A stretch of 64,000 bases of DNA, from the NCBI RefSeq assembly GCF_000372725.1, contig NW_005201154.1, positions 271,904 to 335,903 of the forward strand. The letters are read 5' to 3'. This stretch comes from Emiliania huxleyi CCMP1516. Lineage: Eukaryota. Made by a program: the position numbers and the translations under genes. Shown here piece by piece: positions 9,839 to 21,866 of the stretch. The notes under the pieces were generated by a model. That model searched no databases. It was not told the origin of the DNA and saw only the letters and a list, made by a program, of their open reading frames with translations. The number at the start of each line of letters is the position of its first letter. Positions within the stretch are counted from its first letter, which is position 1.

Positions 9839-12800
9839 ATGAGCGCTCATCTCTCTGGCATCGTAGAGCTACTGTCCGCTGACGCTCCGGCGCCATTCGG
9901 GTCCACATCCCCAGTCCTCGGGACAACGGACGGCCGACGCTCTCCCGTCCTCTCTGAGCGCTCCTCAGATCTCGGCGGCGGCTCCTCCAAGCCGGGCTCG
10001 CCACGGCCGCCGCCGCTCAAAGCGCTGGCGCAGCCGCTGCTTGAGCGAGCAGAGGAGGGCCATATCGGGCCGGCGCCCGCCACCACATCCGCAGACGGCG
10101 GAGGCGGCGAGGAGGAGTCTCGCTCAGTCGCGGTGACAAAGGCGCTCATCTACGGGTGCATCAACGCGGTGGTCTGCGCGCCGGTGATGATCTCGTTCGC
10201 GTCCATCATCTTTCGCCACCCCACCTTCCACCGAGACGCCGCCACCTACGCCCGGCTCGTCAAGCTGGTCCTCTTTTCGTCGGCGGTGCATCAGACCGTC
10301 TTTGTGACGACCTCGTCGCTCGTCTTTGCCGTCGGGCAGGTGCAGGACGCGGGCCTCATCTTCCTCTCCTCGATGGCCAACCAGGTCGTCGAGGCGCTCG
10401 AGAAGCGCCAGGCGAGAGTAGCGGAGACGAGACGAGCCGAGGTTAGCCGAGACGACCCGAGGTTAGCCGAGAGGAGCCGAGAGGAGCCGAGAGGAGCCGA
10501 GAGGAGCCGAGAGGAGCCGAGAGGAGCCGAGAGGAGCCGAGATGGGGTGATCGCCACCGCTGTCACAGAGGCGCTCTTCACAGCACCGCCGCGCCACAGG
10601 CTCCGTACGACGAGGTGATCGCCACCGCCCTCGTCGCGCTCGCCTCCTCCACCACCCTGCTCGGCCTCGCCCTCGTGCTGACCGGCAAGCTCCGCCTCGC
10701 CGGGCTGGTGCAGTACCTCCCCCTTCCGGTGGTGGGAGGCTACCTCGCCTACATCGGCCTCTACTGCTTCGAGGCAGGCCTCTCCCTCATGTCTGGCACG
10801 GAGGTCACCTCGGTGGCGCAGATGGTGTCGCTGGCTGGCGGCGCCGGCATCTTGCCCTGCTTGCCCGGCGTTGCCTGCGGCGTCGGCATCATCCTCGCCC
10901 TCCAGCGGTGGCACCACTTCCTCGTCCTCCCCTCCCTCCTCCTCGCCATCCCCGTCCTCTTCTACGCCGCCGCCTTCGCCGCCGGGCTCGACTTGCCTGC
11001 TCTCCGCGCCGCCGGCTACCTGTCCGAGGCGGAGCAGCCGGCGTCGTGCCTCGAGACCTGGTCCTCCTTCCGCCCCTCCCTGGTGCACTGGGACGTGCTG
11101 CCCTCGCTGCTGCCCACGTGGCTCGCAATGTACACGGTCGTCGCCTTCTCGTCCTCTCTCGACGTGGCGGCAATCCAGATGGACATGGGCAAGCAGCTCG
11201 ACTTCAACCACGAGCTCATCACGGTTGGCCTCTCCAACGCTGCCTCGGGCCTCTGCGGAGGCTTCACCGGCTCGTACATCTTCTCGACCACGATCTTCAC
11301 CTACCGAACCGGCACCCGCCTCCGCCTCTGTGGCGCCGTGGTGATCGCCGCCGAGCTACTCCTCTTTGCGTCGCCGGTCACCGTGGGTGCGTACGTGCCG
11401 AAGCTCTTCTTTGGCGCCGTCCTCACCTTCATCGCCGCGGACCTCCTCGTCGACTGGCTCTGGGCCGCGCGCCACAAGGTGCACCCGACCGAGTATGCAA
11501 TCATCCTCCTCACCTTCGGCGCCATCAACTGCTTCGGCCTCGAGGTTGGCATGTGCGGCGGCGTGCTCATCGCCATGTGCCACTTCATCATCGACTACGC
11601 CTCCGCCCCCGTCGTCCGACGGATCGACGTGCGTTCGACTGTGCTGCGCTCCTTTGCGCACTCGCGCGCCCTCGCCGGCGAGCAGACCCGACTCATCTCT
11701 CTCCGCTGCCGCGGGTACATCTTCTTCGGCTCGACTCTCCGCATCATGGAGGACGTCCTCTCCGCCGTCTCCGTGCCGCCGCACCTCGAGCCCACCCTCG
11801 GCAGACCCCCCTCCAAGCAGCGCCCCTCGGCTCAGCCTGCGCCGCCCACCCGCTTCGTCCTCTTCGACTTCGCCGCCGTCACCGGCCTCGACGCGACCGC
11901 CGCCCGCGCGTGCTTCCTCAACCTCACGCGCACCCTCGCGCCGCTCGGGATCGAGGTTGTGTTCGGCGGCCTCCCGGCCGGCGGTCGGATCGCCAAACTC
12001 CTCACCGGGCACGGGATCCTCACTGACTCGCCTTCGCTCGCCTCGGCGCGCCGCGTCTCCGCTGCGGACGAGATCGACCCGAGATCGACACGAGATCGGC
12101 CCGAGATCGACACGAGATCGGCCCGAGATCCACCCCGAGATTGGCCGACGGCTAGGCGCGCCGCTTTTCCGCCGTCGACGAGGCGCTCGAGTACTGCGAG
12201 GAGAAGCTGCTCGAGGAGGTGTCGGGCCGCAGAGCAGCCCCTCTCCTCGGCCACTGGTGCTCTGATCCTCCCGGAGCCTGCTTGCCCTTCCTTAGGCGAC
12301 GCGCAAGCAGCCCATCGGCACGCGCGAGTTCGACTCGTCCCCCTTCGTCGCGCGCGCCGCCACACAGTCCGCGCCCGACTTGGCGCACCTGGCCGCCCTC
12401 GCCGGCGAGCCTGGCGGGGGGGGAGGGGGGGTGGTGGGCGGCGGCAGCGGGGGCAGCTGGCTGGCGAGGTCTGTCCAGCGCGTGCTGGCGCCGCCCGTCG
12501 ACTCGCACGACGCCGGCGCGCTGTGAGCGGCGCCTCTTCATGGCGGGCTGGCTGTGAACAGGCGCCGCTCGTCGACTCGTACCACGCCGGCATGCTGGAC
12601 GGGCTCGCGCCGTACTTTGAGGAGGAGAGCCGCGGGCAGAGGGCCGGTGCAGGACACGTCCAAGACGTGTCCGAGACGTGTCTGCGACACGTCCCGTAGG
12701 AGAGCCACGGGCCGGGCCGGCGAATCTTTGCGGCGGGCGAGGAGGCGGGCGCGCTCTACTTCATCGCCGAGGGGCAGGCGGGGCCGAGCGAGGAGGAGGC

Positions 12801-13229
12801 TCGGGCGAGCTGTGCAGGGCGCCTCCTCACCCCCCCCCCCCCCCCCCCCCCGCGCGCGCCGTACCGCAGGTGGAGCTGTGGGAGGAGCGAGCCTCCGGCA
12901 AGAGAGGCGCCGACAGGGAGCAGGTCCGCATCGCCAGGTACGCGCACGGCGGCATCTTCGGCGAGCTCGACTTCTTCCTGCACAACCGGCGCTCGTTCCG
13001 CGCCGAGGCGGGAGGCGGCGGCACCTCGCTCCTCACCCTGACCCGCGGCAGGCTGCGCGACATGCAGTCCGAGGCGCCTCACCTCGCCGCGGCGCTCGAG
13101 CACGCGCTGCTGCGCTACCTCTGCTTCCAGGTCAACGCCAAGCTCGGGCTCGTCGACGGCGTGAGCGACGTGACAGACCCGTTTGCGCGGGCCTCGCAGC
13201 CCCTCTCGACGAGGGCAAATCCCCCCTGA
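9839..13229 (+). CDS. SulP/SLC26-family transporter with STAS and C-terminal cNMP-binding domain (yeast Vsb1/YGR125W-like architecture), multi-exon
   Basis: AVGQVQDAGLIF, LVQYLPLPVVGGYLAYIG, FGSTL...FDFAAVTGLDATA (STAS), FSAVDEALEYCEEKLL, RRIFAAGEEAGALYFIAEG...GGIFGELDF (cNMP). Introns at 10412-10599, 12046-12155, 12488-12561, 12625-12699 and others. Confidence 0.9.
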
Positions 13230-13340
13230 CCGAGGCGGACTGGGCTGGAGTCTGCGCGAGGCCGCGCGCGCCCGACTCGAGCCGACCAGCGACCGAGGTC
13301 CCGTGGGGAGGTCGAGGAGGCGGGCGAGTGGGGCGGACAT
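13230..13340 (-). pseudogene. Fragment of the 5' end of an F-box gene
   Basis: tttctcgcgATGTCC context and MSAPLARLLDLP match the starts of the F-box-RCC1 paralogs (tttctcgcgATGTCC, ARLLDLP). Similarity is lost afterwards. Confidence 0.5.
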
Positions 13341-13654
13341 CGCGAGAAAAAGAAACAATTGGGCCCCAGAGGAAAGGAGAACGGAAAAAAGATACCATGC
13401 GCCACGCCCACCGCCTGAGGGCCTGACTCGCCGGCACGGCGCGCGGGCCGCCGGGGCGGAGCCTATCTTTCCACTGACTTGCTTTTTTTCGCTGCAGTCC
13501 CACCTGCGGATCTTTGATCACATATAAAAACGCACAACCCCGGGGGCCCGTTGATCACACTCCAAGGGGCTGCTAAAGCCGTATATGGTGTCACCTCGAG
13601 AACCTCGAGAACCATGAACGGCGCGCGTCAGTGTCAGAATCACCCCCCCCCCCC

Positions 13655-13843
13655 CCAAGAGCGGCCGCTCGCTGCTCGGTACCCCCCCTGCGCAACTAAG
13701 CTCATGGCCGACCCCCCCCAGCAGCAGCGCTCTGCTGCTGGGGGGGTCGGGACCCCCCCCCCCCAGCAGGAGCGCTCTGCTGCTGGGGGGGGTCAGACCC
13801 CCCCCCTAGCAGCAGGGATGAGCTTAGTTGTGCAGGGGGGGTC
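13655..13843. mobile_element. Foldback/MITE-like palindromic element
   Basis: Arm 13682-13705 (ccccccctgcgcaactaagctcat) pairs with 13818-13841. Internal hairpins cagcagcagcgctctgctgctg. Second partial copy at about 19156-19258. Confidence 0.65.
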
Positions 13844-13937
13844 CCTCATGTATCGTAGTCTTTGTTAGTATCGAGGCGACTCAGCGGCGAGCCGAGCCAG
13901 GCCACGGCGCTCGGCCTGCTGAGAGAAGACCTTCCCC

Positions 13938-14269
13938 GACGGCAGTGACAATTTACCCGACATCAATCGTCGACGGCAAGCTCGAGAACTGCGCCTCCAA
14001 AGTCGCCCAGATTCGCCTCTCGCGGCGCGCTGAGTTAGTATCGCCGGTGCGCCAGCCAGCTCTGCTCCACAGCAGGGCATGACCGACTGGCTCCTGCTGG
14101 CCGTGCGTCCTGGTGGCATCCATTGCCAGCTCAGGTAGCCTCAGGAGGTCGCCTCGCGCACGACTCGGCGCCGCACAGCACCGCTCCGCGTTACTACCGA
14201 GTTAGTATCGTCGACCCACAGAGACTGCTCTTCTGTAGGTGGAGACGACAAACGCCGGCCGGGTCGGCC
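13938..14269 (+). repeat. Dispersed repeat of ~330 bp, near-identical to 45912-46251
   Basis: Direct match with a few substitutions and one 8 bp indel. Confidence 0.92.
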
Positions 14270-14981
14270 GCCCCCATCGCCGCCGCCGGGGCGGCGGCGG
14301 CCTCGGCGGACCATCCGGCGCGCCGCGCGCCCGACGGGGAGGCGTTCACCACCCCTGGCTCCTCACCCCGCCACGCCTTCGTGCAGACGCCGTGGCACCC
14401 ACCTCAGGCGCCGCTCAGACTCGGTTGTCGGCCGCACAAGTGCTTGGCTCGTGCCCAGCCGACCGGCAGGCGATGCCCACTCGCTGCTAGGCTAATCCCG
14501 GGCTGTCAAGCGGCGGTGTGGTGCCGTGAAGGGCAGCGGTGCCAAAACTACGACTATTAGTACCGTGCGGGGGCAGTGCATTTAACTCTGTCAAAAATCG
14601 AAATGTGCTCCGTGGGACGTATTGGGCTAGGACCATACGTCCGGGAGGGCCCCCATGCGTGCCGCAACGACCCACAGTCTGGTACCACTCTGTTCACGTT
14701 CACAGCTCTTAAGGTTCTCCGGGCCACTTTCGGGGGGCAAACCCTGCCCGCCCCCTAGAACCCCGGGTAAGGCCCAGGTGTGGCCTAGGGCATCAGAAGG
14801 GACCAAGAGGAGTCCAGTCTGAGCCATAGAGCCCATGTCTTTGCCCCCGAAGGTCGTGTTCAAAATGCCCGGAACGGACGTACAGTGGTGTCCGGCCCCC
14901 CCCCGGGCCCCCGGGCCGGCGCGATCACCGAGCTGTGACGCTCAGGGAAGCTGAGCGGCCGCTCCAATCGGTGCTCTCTCG

Positions 14982-16425
14982 ATGCCACATCGGCGGCCGC
15001 TGACTCAGCAGGAGGGCTGGCTCGCACCGCACTCGAGGTTTCGCTCTGCGTCGCCCGACGTGTACGCGGAGTACATCGTGAGCACTTGCCGCAGCGGCTG
15101 GCGCGCCGCCGACATGCCGCTGTGTTTTCGGCAGCGGTCGTGCCCGCACAGCTTCCTCTCTCAAATGCTGCACTCGGCGCCGAGCGGCGGCGAGTCATGC
15201 TCCACGCGGCTGCGGAGAGCCGGATGCGTCGACTTGCCGACCCACTTGACTTCCCATCGCGACGGCGCCACTGTAATGTTCCGCAAGTTGTGCGGCTGGC
15301 TCGCGCCGCGTGACGGCTGCTCTTGCCTCCCGTGCTTCACCGAGTGCCGCCGGTCCGAGCTGTGCCCACCTCCCTCCGCCAACTCCGCCGTCGCACCTCC
15401 ACTGCCCAGCGGCAGTCCGAACGGGAGCTTTGCCTTTGCCTTCAGCCTCCGTCTTCCGGCAGCCAAGAGCATCGAAGCCAGTCAGGCCGCGCACGCGAAG
15501 AAGCTGGCCGTGCTCCGCGAGCTGCTCCGCGCGGTGGTCTCTCTCGTGTGGACCAAGACGCGGCACAGCATCGTGCTGCTCAGCGACGGCGTGCCTGCCC
15601 CGGACCTCGCCCCGTTCCGGCGGCTCGGCGTGCGGCTCGTGCGGCTCGCGCCTCCACCAGAGGGCCTCGACAAGGCGCACAAGCGGCACGTGACTTTCGC
15701 AAAGGCGTGCGGCACCGGCGTGCCCTCGCTCTCGCCCTCGCCCTTCCCGTGATACCACCCACACCGACTGAAACGGGCGCGATGATTTTCATGATACCCA
15801 CCCACACTGCCTTTCCGGCTCGCCCTTCCGGCTCACCGCTCAGACACCACACTGCCTCGCTGTCCAGCTCGACGCGTGGAGCCTCGAGTACGACAAGGTC
15901 GTCTCCTTGGACACGGACATCGTCGTGCGGCGCAACATCGACCACCTCTTCAGCGTCAGCACGCCGGCCGCGGCACTAGACTCAAAATGGGGCTTCAACG
16001 CTTTAAGGCGCACCGCGGCGACGCGCGGCGGCCGGTGGCGGGTCGCCGAGCCGGACTTTCCCTCGAGCTCGCCCCGCTACTGGCCCCCGAACGCGAGCAC
16101 CGCCGACGGGATGCTGCCCTTCAACTCCGGAGTGCTCGTGCTCACGCCGAGCCGCGACGTATACGAGGCGATGCGCCGCGCGGCGGCCTTTACGCGCTCT
16201 TACGACGGCGGGGACCAGGGCTTCCTCGCCGCCTTCTTCGCCTCCCGCAACGTGGCCTGGTACGAGCTGCCGCGCCGGTACCACCTCGGCTGGTGCGTCC
16301 AGCCCGACGAGGTGCAGGAGGCGTACATCTGGCACCTCTTCCTGCGACACCCCTTCCGGCAGATCCACGCGCTCGAGGATGAGGTCGAAAAGAGGATGAG
16401 GGACGCGGGCCTCGTTGGGGAGTAG
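14982..16425 (+). CDS. Glycosyltransferase family 8 (glycogenin-like); GC-AG intron 15705-15867; start uncertain
   Basis: TFAK|LDAWSLEYDKVVSLDTDIVVRRNIDHLF (DxD motif), FNSGVLVLTPS, YDGGDQGFLAAFF. Confidence 0.85.
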
Positions 16426-16876
16426 AGAAAAAGAAAGAAAGAAAACAGACAACCCAAGGGAGGGATGGGAGGACGGCACGCCGCCACCACACAGGGATTT
16501 TAAGGAGAGGGGTGTGATGCGCTAGAGCCCTATCCCTGGGGTCTGGCCGGTTCTTTTCATCAGATTGACGTGCTATCTGGGGCGATCCAGATCAATCCAG
16601 CTATCTCGTTCTATCTCGTGCGATCTCGCGGCGTTCTCGCCTATTCGAGCCGTTTTTCTTTTCTTCTTCGCGCTGCGCGCGCATAGACGCTCCTTCCCGC
16701 CAGCTCTATATGGGTCGCAGCCGCAGCCGCAGCCGCGACCGCGGCCGCGGCCGCGACCGCAGCCTTTCCTCCTCCTCCTCGTCGTCCTCGGAGGATTCGG
16801 CGGAGCGCGAGGAGCGCATGCAGCGCGAACGCGATGAGGGCGTCGCTCCACCACGGTGCCGGAGGCAGCTCGACCG

Positions 16877-18403
16877 TCATTTGCGCGGCGCGGCCGCGGC
16901 CGCCTGGCCCTCGATGCTGCGCGCGGTGCTCCGGATCACGAGCTCCTCCTCTTGCGAGACGTCCGCAAAGCCGCCGGGACGCCGCTCGCGCAGGAGGCGG
17001 CGCGCCTGCGAGTAGATGGCCTCGCGCGTGATGGTGCCACCGACGAGCACGCGGTCGCTCGAGGCGAGCCCGCCCGCCCGCCCGTGCAGCACGCGCCAGT
17101 TGTTCATGAGGAAGAACTTGCCCTTGTGCATCGGCACGGGCCTCTCGTACTCGGCCGAGTGGACGAGCTCGACGAAGCGGTTGAAGGCCTTGTACCACTT
17201 GGGGAAGACGTCGAAGGGCAGCGTGAGCGGCGTGCGGAAGACCTCGTTGTACTGGATGCGCTGGAGCGCGCCGGTGTCGTCGAGCTGCAGCAGCTTCGGC
17301 TGCGTGCTCACGATGAGGCCGCGATTGTACTCCTGCGGCGAGTCGACGCGCGACGCCACGAAGTCGCGCTCGGCGTCGTAGCCGTACGTGGCGAGCAGAC
17401 GGTAGCCCTCCGGGTCCTCGGCCTCGAGCTGGCGCGCCACGGCGAAGCCGTCGGTGAAGGTGTTCGTGCCCGTCCCCTCCTCGTAGTGCATGAGCAAGCA
17501 GAGCGCCGGCACGCCGTGCGGCGGGATGCTCGAGTCGGTGTGCTGGTTGAGGCGCTTGAGGTGGTCGTACGAGACGGACGTGGCGCCCTCCTTGCGGACG
17601 ATCCGCCAGTTGGCAATGTCGCGCGTCGGGTCCTTTTGCAGGCCGCCGAAGGCGTCGTCCGCGAGGCGGCGCAGCGCCACCTCGCCGGGCTCCTCGCAGC
17701 CCTCGATCATCGCGCCGCCGTGGTAGAGCACCGACTCGATGCAGTTTAGGTTGGCGTCCGAGGCGGGGTCGAGCACCTCATGGAAGTCGAACGTGGGCAC
17801 GGCGAAGTCCGCCGCCTTCCAGAGCCGCATCTCCTCCGCCTTGGGCGCCCGCGCGCTCGGAAATCCAGAGTAGGGTGTCAGGAACGCGAGGTCCTCGTGC
17901 ACCGCCGAGCTGCTGCGAGCTCCCGCGGCGAGCTTCTCTCCGACGACCTCGGCATACATTCGTAGGAAGTCCGTGCGAAACCGGGACACACGCGGCGGAT
18001 CGGCCGCCATCTCGTGTGGGCCCAGCGAGGCGTCATTCCATGTGACGTGCAGACCACCATTGGCACCGACTTCTGCAGAAGCTGCACGCACGTTCTCAGC
18101 CGACACGCCCGATGGCCCCACCGGAGTCGCAGTCAAGTAGCGTTCGCCAGCGCCGCCTACGACGTGCTCCTCATCGCGGCACGCGTCGCGCAGCCAGAGT
18201 GAGTGGAAGCGATAGGCGGCTCCGTCGTCAAAGTGCACCTCGACGTATTTGCCAGCAGCGACGGCATCTACGATCGCAGGCTGGGAAGCGGTGGTCATGG
18301 TCGACATTGCCAACGCACGCTTGAAGAACGGTGTGAGCGTCGTGGTCGAGGATGCCGTCGGAGTGATCCATGCGGTGGTTGACAGAAGCGATAGGGATAG
18401 CAT
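16877..18403 (-). CDS. Gamma-butyrobetaine hydroxylase / TauD-family Fe(II)/2-oxoglutarate dioxygenase, intronless
   Basis: N-terminal FHSLWLRDACRD (GBBH-like), HTD iron motif, FTDGFAVA, FFLMNNWRVLHGR. N-terminal targeting-peptide-like extension. Confidence 0.88.
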   Translation of the reverse strand: MLSLSLLSTTAWITPTASSTTTLTPFFKRALAMSTMTTASQPAIVDAVAAGKYVEVHFDDGAAYRFHSLWLRDACRDEEHVVGGAGERYLTATPVGPSGVSAENVRAASAEVGANGGLHVTWNDASLGPHEMAADPPRVSRFRTDFLRMYAEVVGEKLAAGARSSSAVHEDLAFLTPYSGFPSARAPKAEEMRLWKAADFAVPTFDFHEVLDPASDANLNCIESVLYHGGAMIEGCEEPGEVALRRLADDAFGGLQKDPTRDIANWRIVRKEGATSVSYDHLKRLNQHTDSSIPPHGVPALCLLMHYEEGTGTNTFTDGFAVARQLEAEDPEGYRLLATYGYDAERDFVASRVDSPQEYNRGLIVSTQPKLLQLDDTGALQRIQYNEVFRTPLTLPFDVFPKWYKAFNRFVELVHSAEYERPVPMHKGKFFLMNNWRVLHGRAGGLASSDRVLVGGTITREAIYSQARRLLRERRPGGFADVSQEEELVIRSTARSIEGQAAAAAPRK

Positions 18404-19653
18404 GGGCTTCTGTGGCGCGCGCGGCGGCTAGTGGTGTCGGCGCGATGTCGCTTGGAAGGTCGCGCGTCGAGTCGGAAGACGACATGCCTGAAAAAGACGG
18501 AGTTACGTGGGCTGTGGGTTTACACACCATAAGTCTCTCTCACAGCAGACAGGCTCGACACAGGTGCGAACTGGCGCGTGCTAGTACTACCACAGGCACA
18601 CGAAGAAAAGAATTTACGGCCTTCCGCAGCCCCCCTCCGTATCGTGGTCAAAGAAATTCCGTCGCCAAAGAATTGTGCATGCCGCGATCAGCGAAAACAC
18701 TGCTCAGACCGGAAAAGAAATCTACCCTTATAAGTCTCTCGTGTCGGCGCCGACGCTCTTGGTTTATATAAAATGAACTCGGGGGCACGGGACGCGGCAC
18801 AAACGGGGCACAAACTCCAGGCTACAATGAATACATGCATGCACATGTACATGTGGAGCGGCATGCTGACCGTGCCGATCGGCTGGTGATCGATATGGTC
18901 ATCACCGTCGCCACGTCCTGGTGATCTGTGGCGACGGCGCACCAGAGCCATGAGGAAGAGAGGTTGGTGGGTCAGCCACGAGTACTCACTCGGCTGCACC
19001 GTGCGGCCCCAGTAAATCGCGAGCGCCTGAGGCGTTCGGGGTGCTCGCAATGCGGTTAAGGCGCGGTGAACACAACCGCCTCGAGCGTACCGCTCAGACA
19101 CGAGCCGAGGGTGGAGGGGGGGGCGGCGGCGAAGAGGCGGGAGAGCTGGGTCCGTGCGCTCTGCTGCTGGGAGGGTCAGACCCCCCCCCCCCCCCCTAGC
19201 AGCAGGGATGGCTTTAGATGTGCAGGGGAGGTACCGAGCAATGTGCGGCCGCTCTTGGTCGGCTGACTCGTTACGAGAGAATCTGATGACTCAGAGCTCG
19301 GCCTCGGCGGAGAGGTGCGTGCAGGCTGCAGCATACAGTGTACCTTGCCAGTGCGCGCCAGTCCCACCTTGGTTTCTTGTAAAAATTCTCTGTTAGTGCA
19401 ACCAAGTACAGATGTGGCTGCAGAGTCATCGATAAATTCAAAAACAAAATCGAAATACTTAACAGAAAAACTCTTGTTTCCTCCGAACTATCTGTGAGAT
19501 CCATCGTTGCAGAATGCAGGGGAGTCATAGCGACCCCTTCCCTCCCGTGTTATGGCCCTGCGACCGCGCATCCCCCAGGGTTAGGGCTTGTAGCCCGATG
19601 AAGATCTCATCCGACGGCTGGGGGTGACGGGTGTCGCCCGCTCACCGCGCACT

Positions 19654-20742
19654 CTACTTCGCGTCGCCGATCTTGCGCTTGAGCGGCGCGTGCCGCGAGC
19701 CTCGCTCGCGCACCGCCACCTCGCACAAGCCAGCGTGCCCGTCGGGCCTCACGCAGCCTCCAGTGCCGCAGAGCTTCGGCCCCCTCCCCGCGAAGACTCG
19801 AGGCACTGTACCACTCCGCCCCGGCGCCACCTTCCCAACCTTTGCCTCAACCTCCGGCGCAGAGCTGCTGCTCGGCGAAGCGGCGGCGCGCGCAGAGGGC
19901 CCGCCGGCGACCGCCGCTAGTGCTCGCCCGCAGGTGTGCGCGCGGTGCCTTCCCTGGCACGCATGGCACTTTGCGGCCGCCGCCGCCGCCGCCGCCGCCG
20001 CCGCGGCTCCCGCCGCCGCCGCCGCCGCCGCCGAGCCGCGCGTGGTGTGAACGTCTCCTGTTGGGCCGACGTAGCGCCAGTGCCCGTGCTTGAGGGCGGC
20101 CTGGGAGGGCGCGCGCACACGCCACCCGGCGGCAAACGCGCCGTCCCAAAGCTTGCGGTCCACGGCCGCGCTGTCGCACTCCAGAGGCGGCTCCTCGCCC
20201 TCGCCCTCCCCCTCGCCCTCCCCCTCGCCCTCGCCCTCGCCCTCGCCCTCGCCCTCGCCCTCCTCCTCCTCGCCCTCGCCCTCCTCCTCCTCCCCCTCGC
20301 CCTCGCCCTCCTCCTCCTCCCCCTCGCCCTCCTCCTCGCCCTCCTCCTCCTTCCACGCTGCGGCCGCCTCGCCGCGCGTGCGGTGGCCTCTTCCCCCCGG
20401 GTCCACGTACCTATTGCAATACAGCCGAGACGTAGCCGAGAGATGGCCGAGACCAGAGATGGCGGCGGCGGAGGGCGATCGGCTGCCACGCTTGCTCGCG
20501 CCGGGGCATCTCGGGGCATCTCGGGGCATCTCGGGGCATCTCGGGGCATCTCGGGGCATCTCGGGTCATCTCGGAGGGTCTCGGGTGATCGCGTGTGATC
20601 GCGTGTGATCTCGGGTGATCTCGGGTGATCTCGGGTGATCTCGGGTGTCCTCGGGTGTCCTCGGGTGATCTCGCCTCCAGTTGCCGTGCTTGCTCGCGCC
20701 CAGGTACGCCTCCCGCACCCGCCAGCCGGCGGCGAAGGCCCC
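19654..20742 (-). CDS. C-terminal part of a chromatin-type protein: two MBD-like repeats and two small Cys/His fingers
   Basis: AFAAGWRVR...KHG[NH]WRYV.P.G..H.TRG occurs twice; CHACQGRHRAHTC; CGTGGCVRPDGHAGLC. Probably continues the 21867-24359 gene across the gap. Confidence 0.6.
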
Positions 20743-21663
20743 NNNNNNNNNNNNNNNNNNNNNNNNNNNNNNNNNNNNNNNNNNNNNNNNNNNNNNNNNN
20801 NNNNNNNNNNNNNNNNNNNNNNNNNNNNNNNNNNNNNNNNNNNNNNNNNNNNNNNNNNNNNNNNNNNNNNNNNNNNNNNNNNNNNNNNNNNNNNNNNNNN
20901 NNNNNNNNNNNNNNNNNNNNNNNNNNNNNNNNNNNNNNNNNNNNNNNNNNNNNNNNNNNNNNNNNNNNNNNNNNNNNNNNNNNNNNNNNNNNNNNNNNNN
21001 NNNNNNNNNNNNNNNNNNNNNNNNNNNNNNNNNNNNNNNNNNNNNNNNNNNNNNNNNNNNNNNNNNNNNNNNNNNNNNNNNNNNNNNNNNNNNNNNNNNN
21101 NNNNNNNNNNNNNNNNNNNNNNNNNNNNNNNNNNNNNNNNNNNNNNNNNNNNNNNNNNNNNNNNNNNNNNNNNNNNNNNNNNNNNNNNNNNNNNNNNNNN
21201 NNNNNNNNNNNNNNNNNNNNNNNNNNNNNNNNNNNNNNNNNNNNNNNNNNNNNNNNNNNNNNNNNNNNNNNNNNNNNNNNNNNNNNNNNNNNNNNNNNNN
21301 NNNNNNNNNNNNNNNNNNNNNNNNNNNNNNNNNNNNNNNNNNNNNNNNNNNNNNNNNNNNNNNNNNNNNNNNNNNNNNNNNNNNNNNNNNNNNNNNNNNN
21401 NNNNNNNNNNNNNNNNNNNNNNNNNNNNNNNNNNNNNNNNNNNNNNNNNNNNNNNNNNNNNNNNNNNNNNNNNNNNNNNNNNNNNNNNNNNNNNNNNNNN
21501 NNNNNNNNNNNNNNNNNNNNNNNNNNNNNNNNNNNNNNNNNNNNNNNNNNNNNNNNNNNNNNNNNNNNNNNNNNNNNNNNNNNNNNNNNNNNNNNNNNNN
21601 NNNNNNNNNNNNNNNNNNNNNNNNNNNNNNNNNNNNNNNNNNNNNNNNNNNNNNNNNNNNNNN
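20743..21663. other. Assembly gap (N run)
   Basis: Run of Ns. Confidence 0.99.
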
Positions 21664-21866
21664 GTAAGTGGGAATGAGGATTCCCCCCCCCCCCCCATCT
21701 TTTCCTATCCGAACAAGCGTTCGCGCCCGTACGTGATCCGCCAGAAGAAGGAGGAGGCAGTGAGCGCTGCGCTGTCGGAGGATGACGCGGAGCCCGTAGT
21801 GGGTACGAGGGGGGGCTGCGAGCTGAACTGAGGGCCGCAGGAAGGCGGCCGAACACGGCGGAGAGC

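Noticed and set aside
16710..17015. RS-rich ORF overlapping the dioxygenase 3' end
   Set aside because: Short, low complexity and without a domain; at most a gene fragment.
18688..19101. Short ORF with a vaguely cytochrome-b561-like segment
   Set aside because: Too little similarity to support a call.
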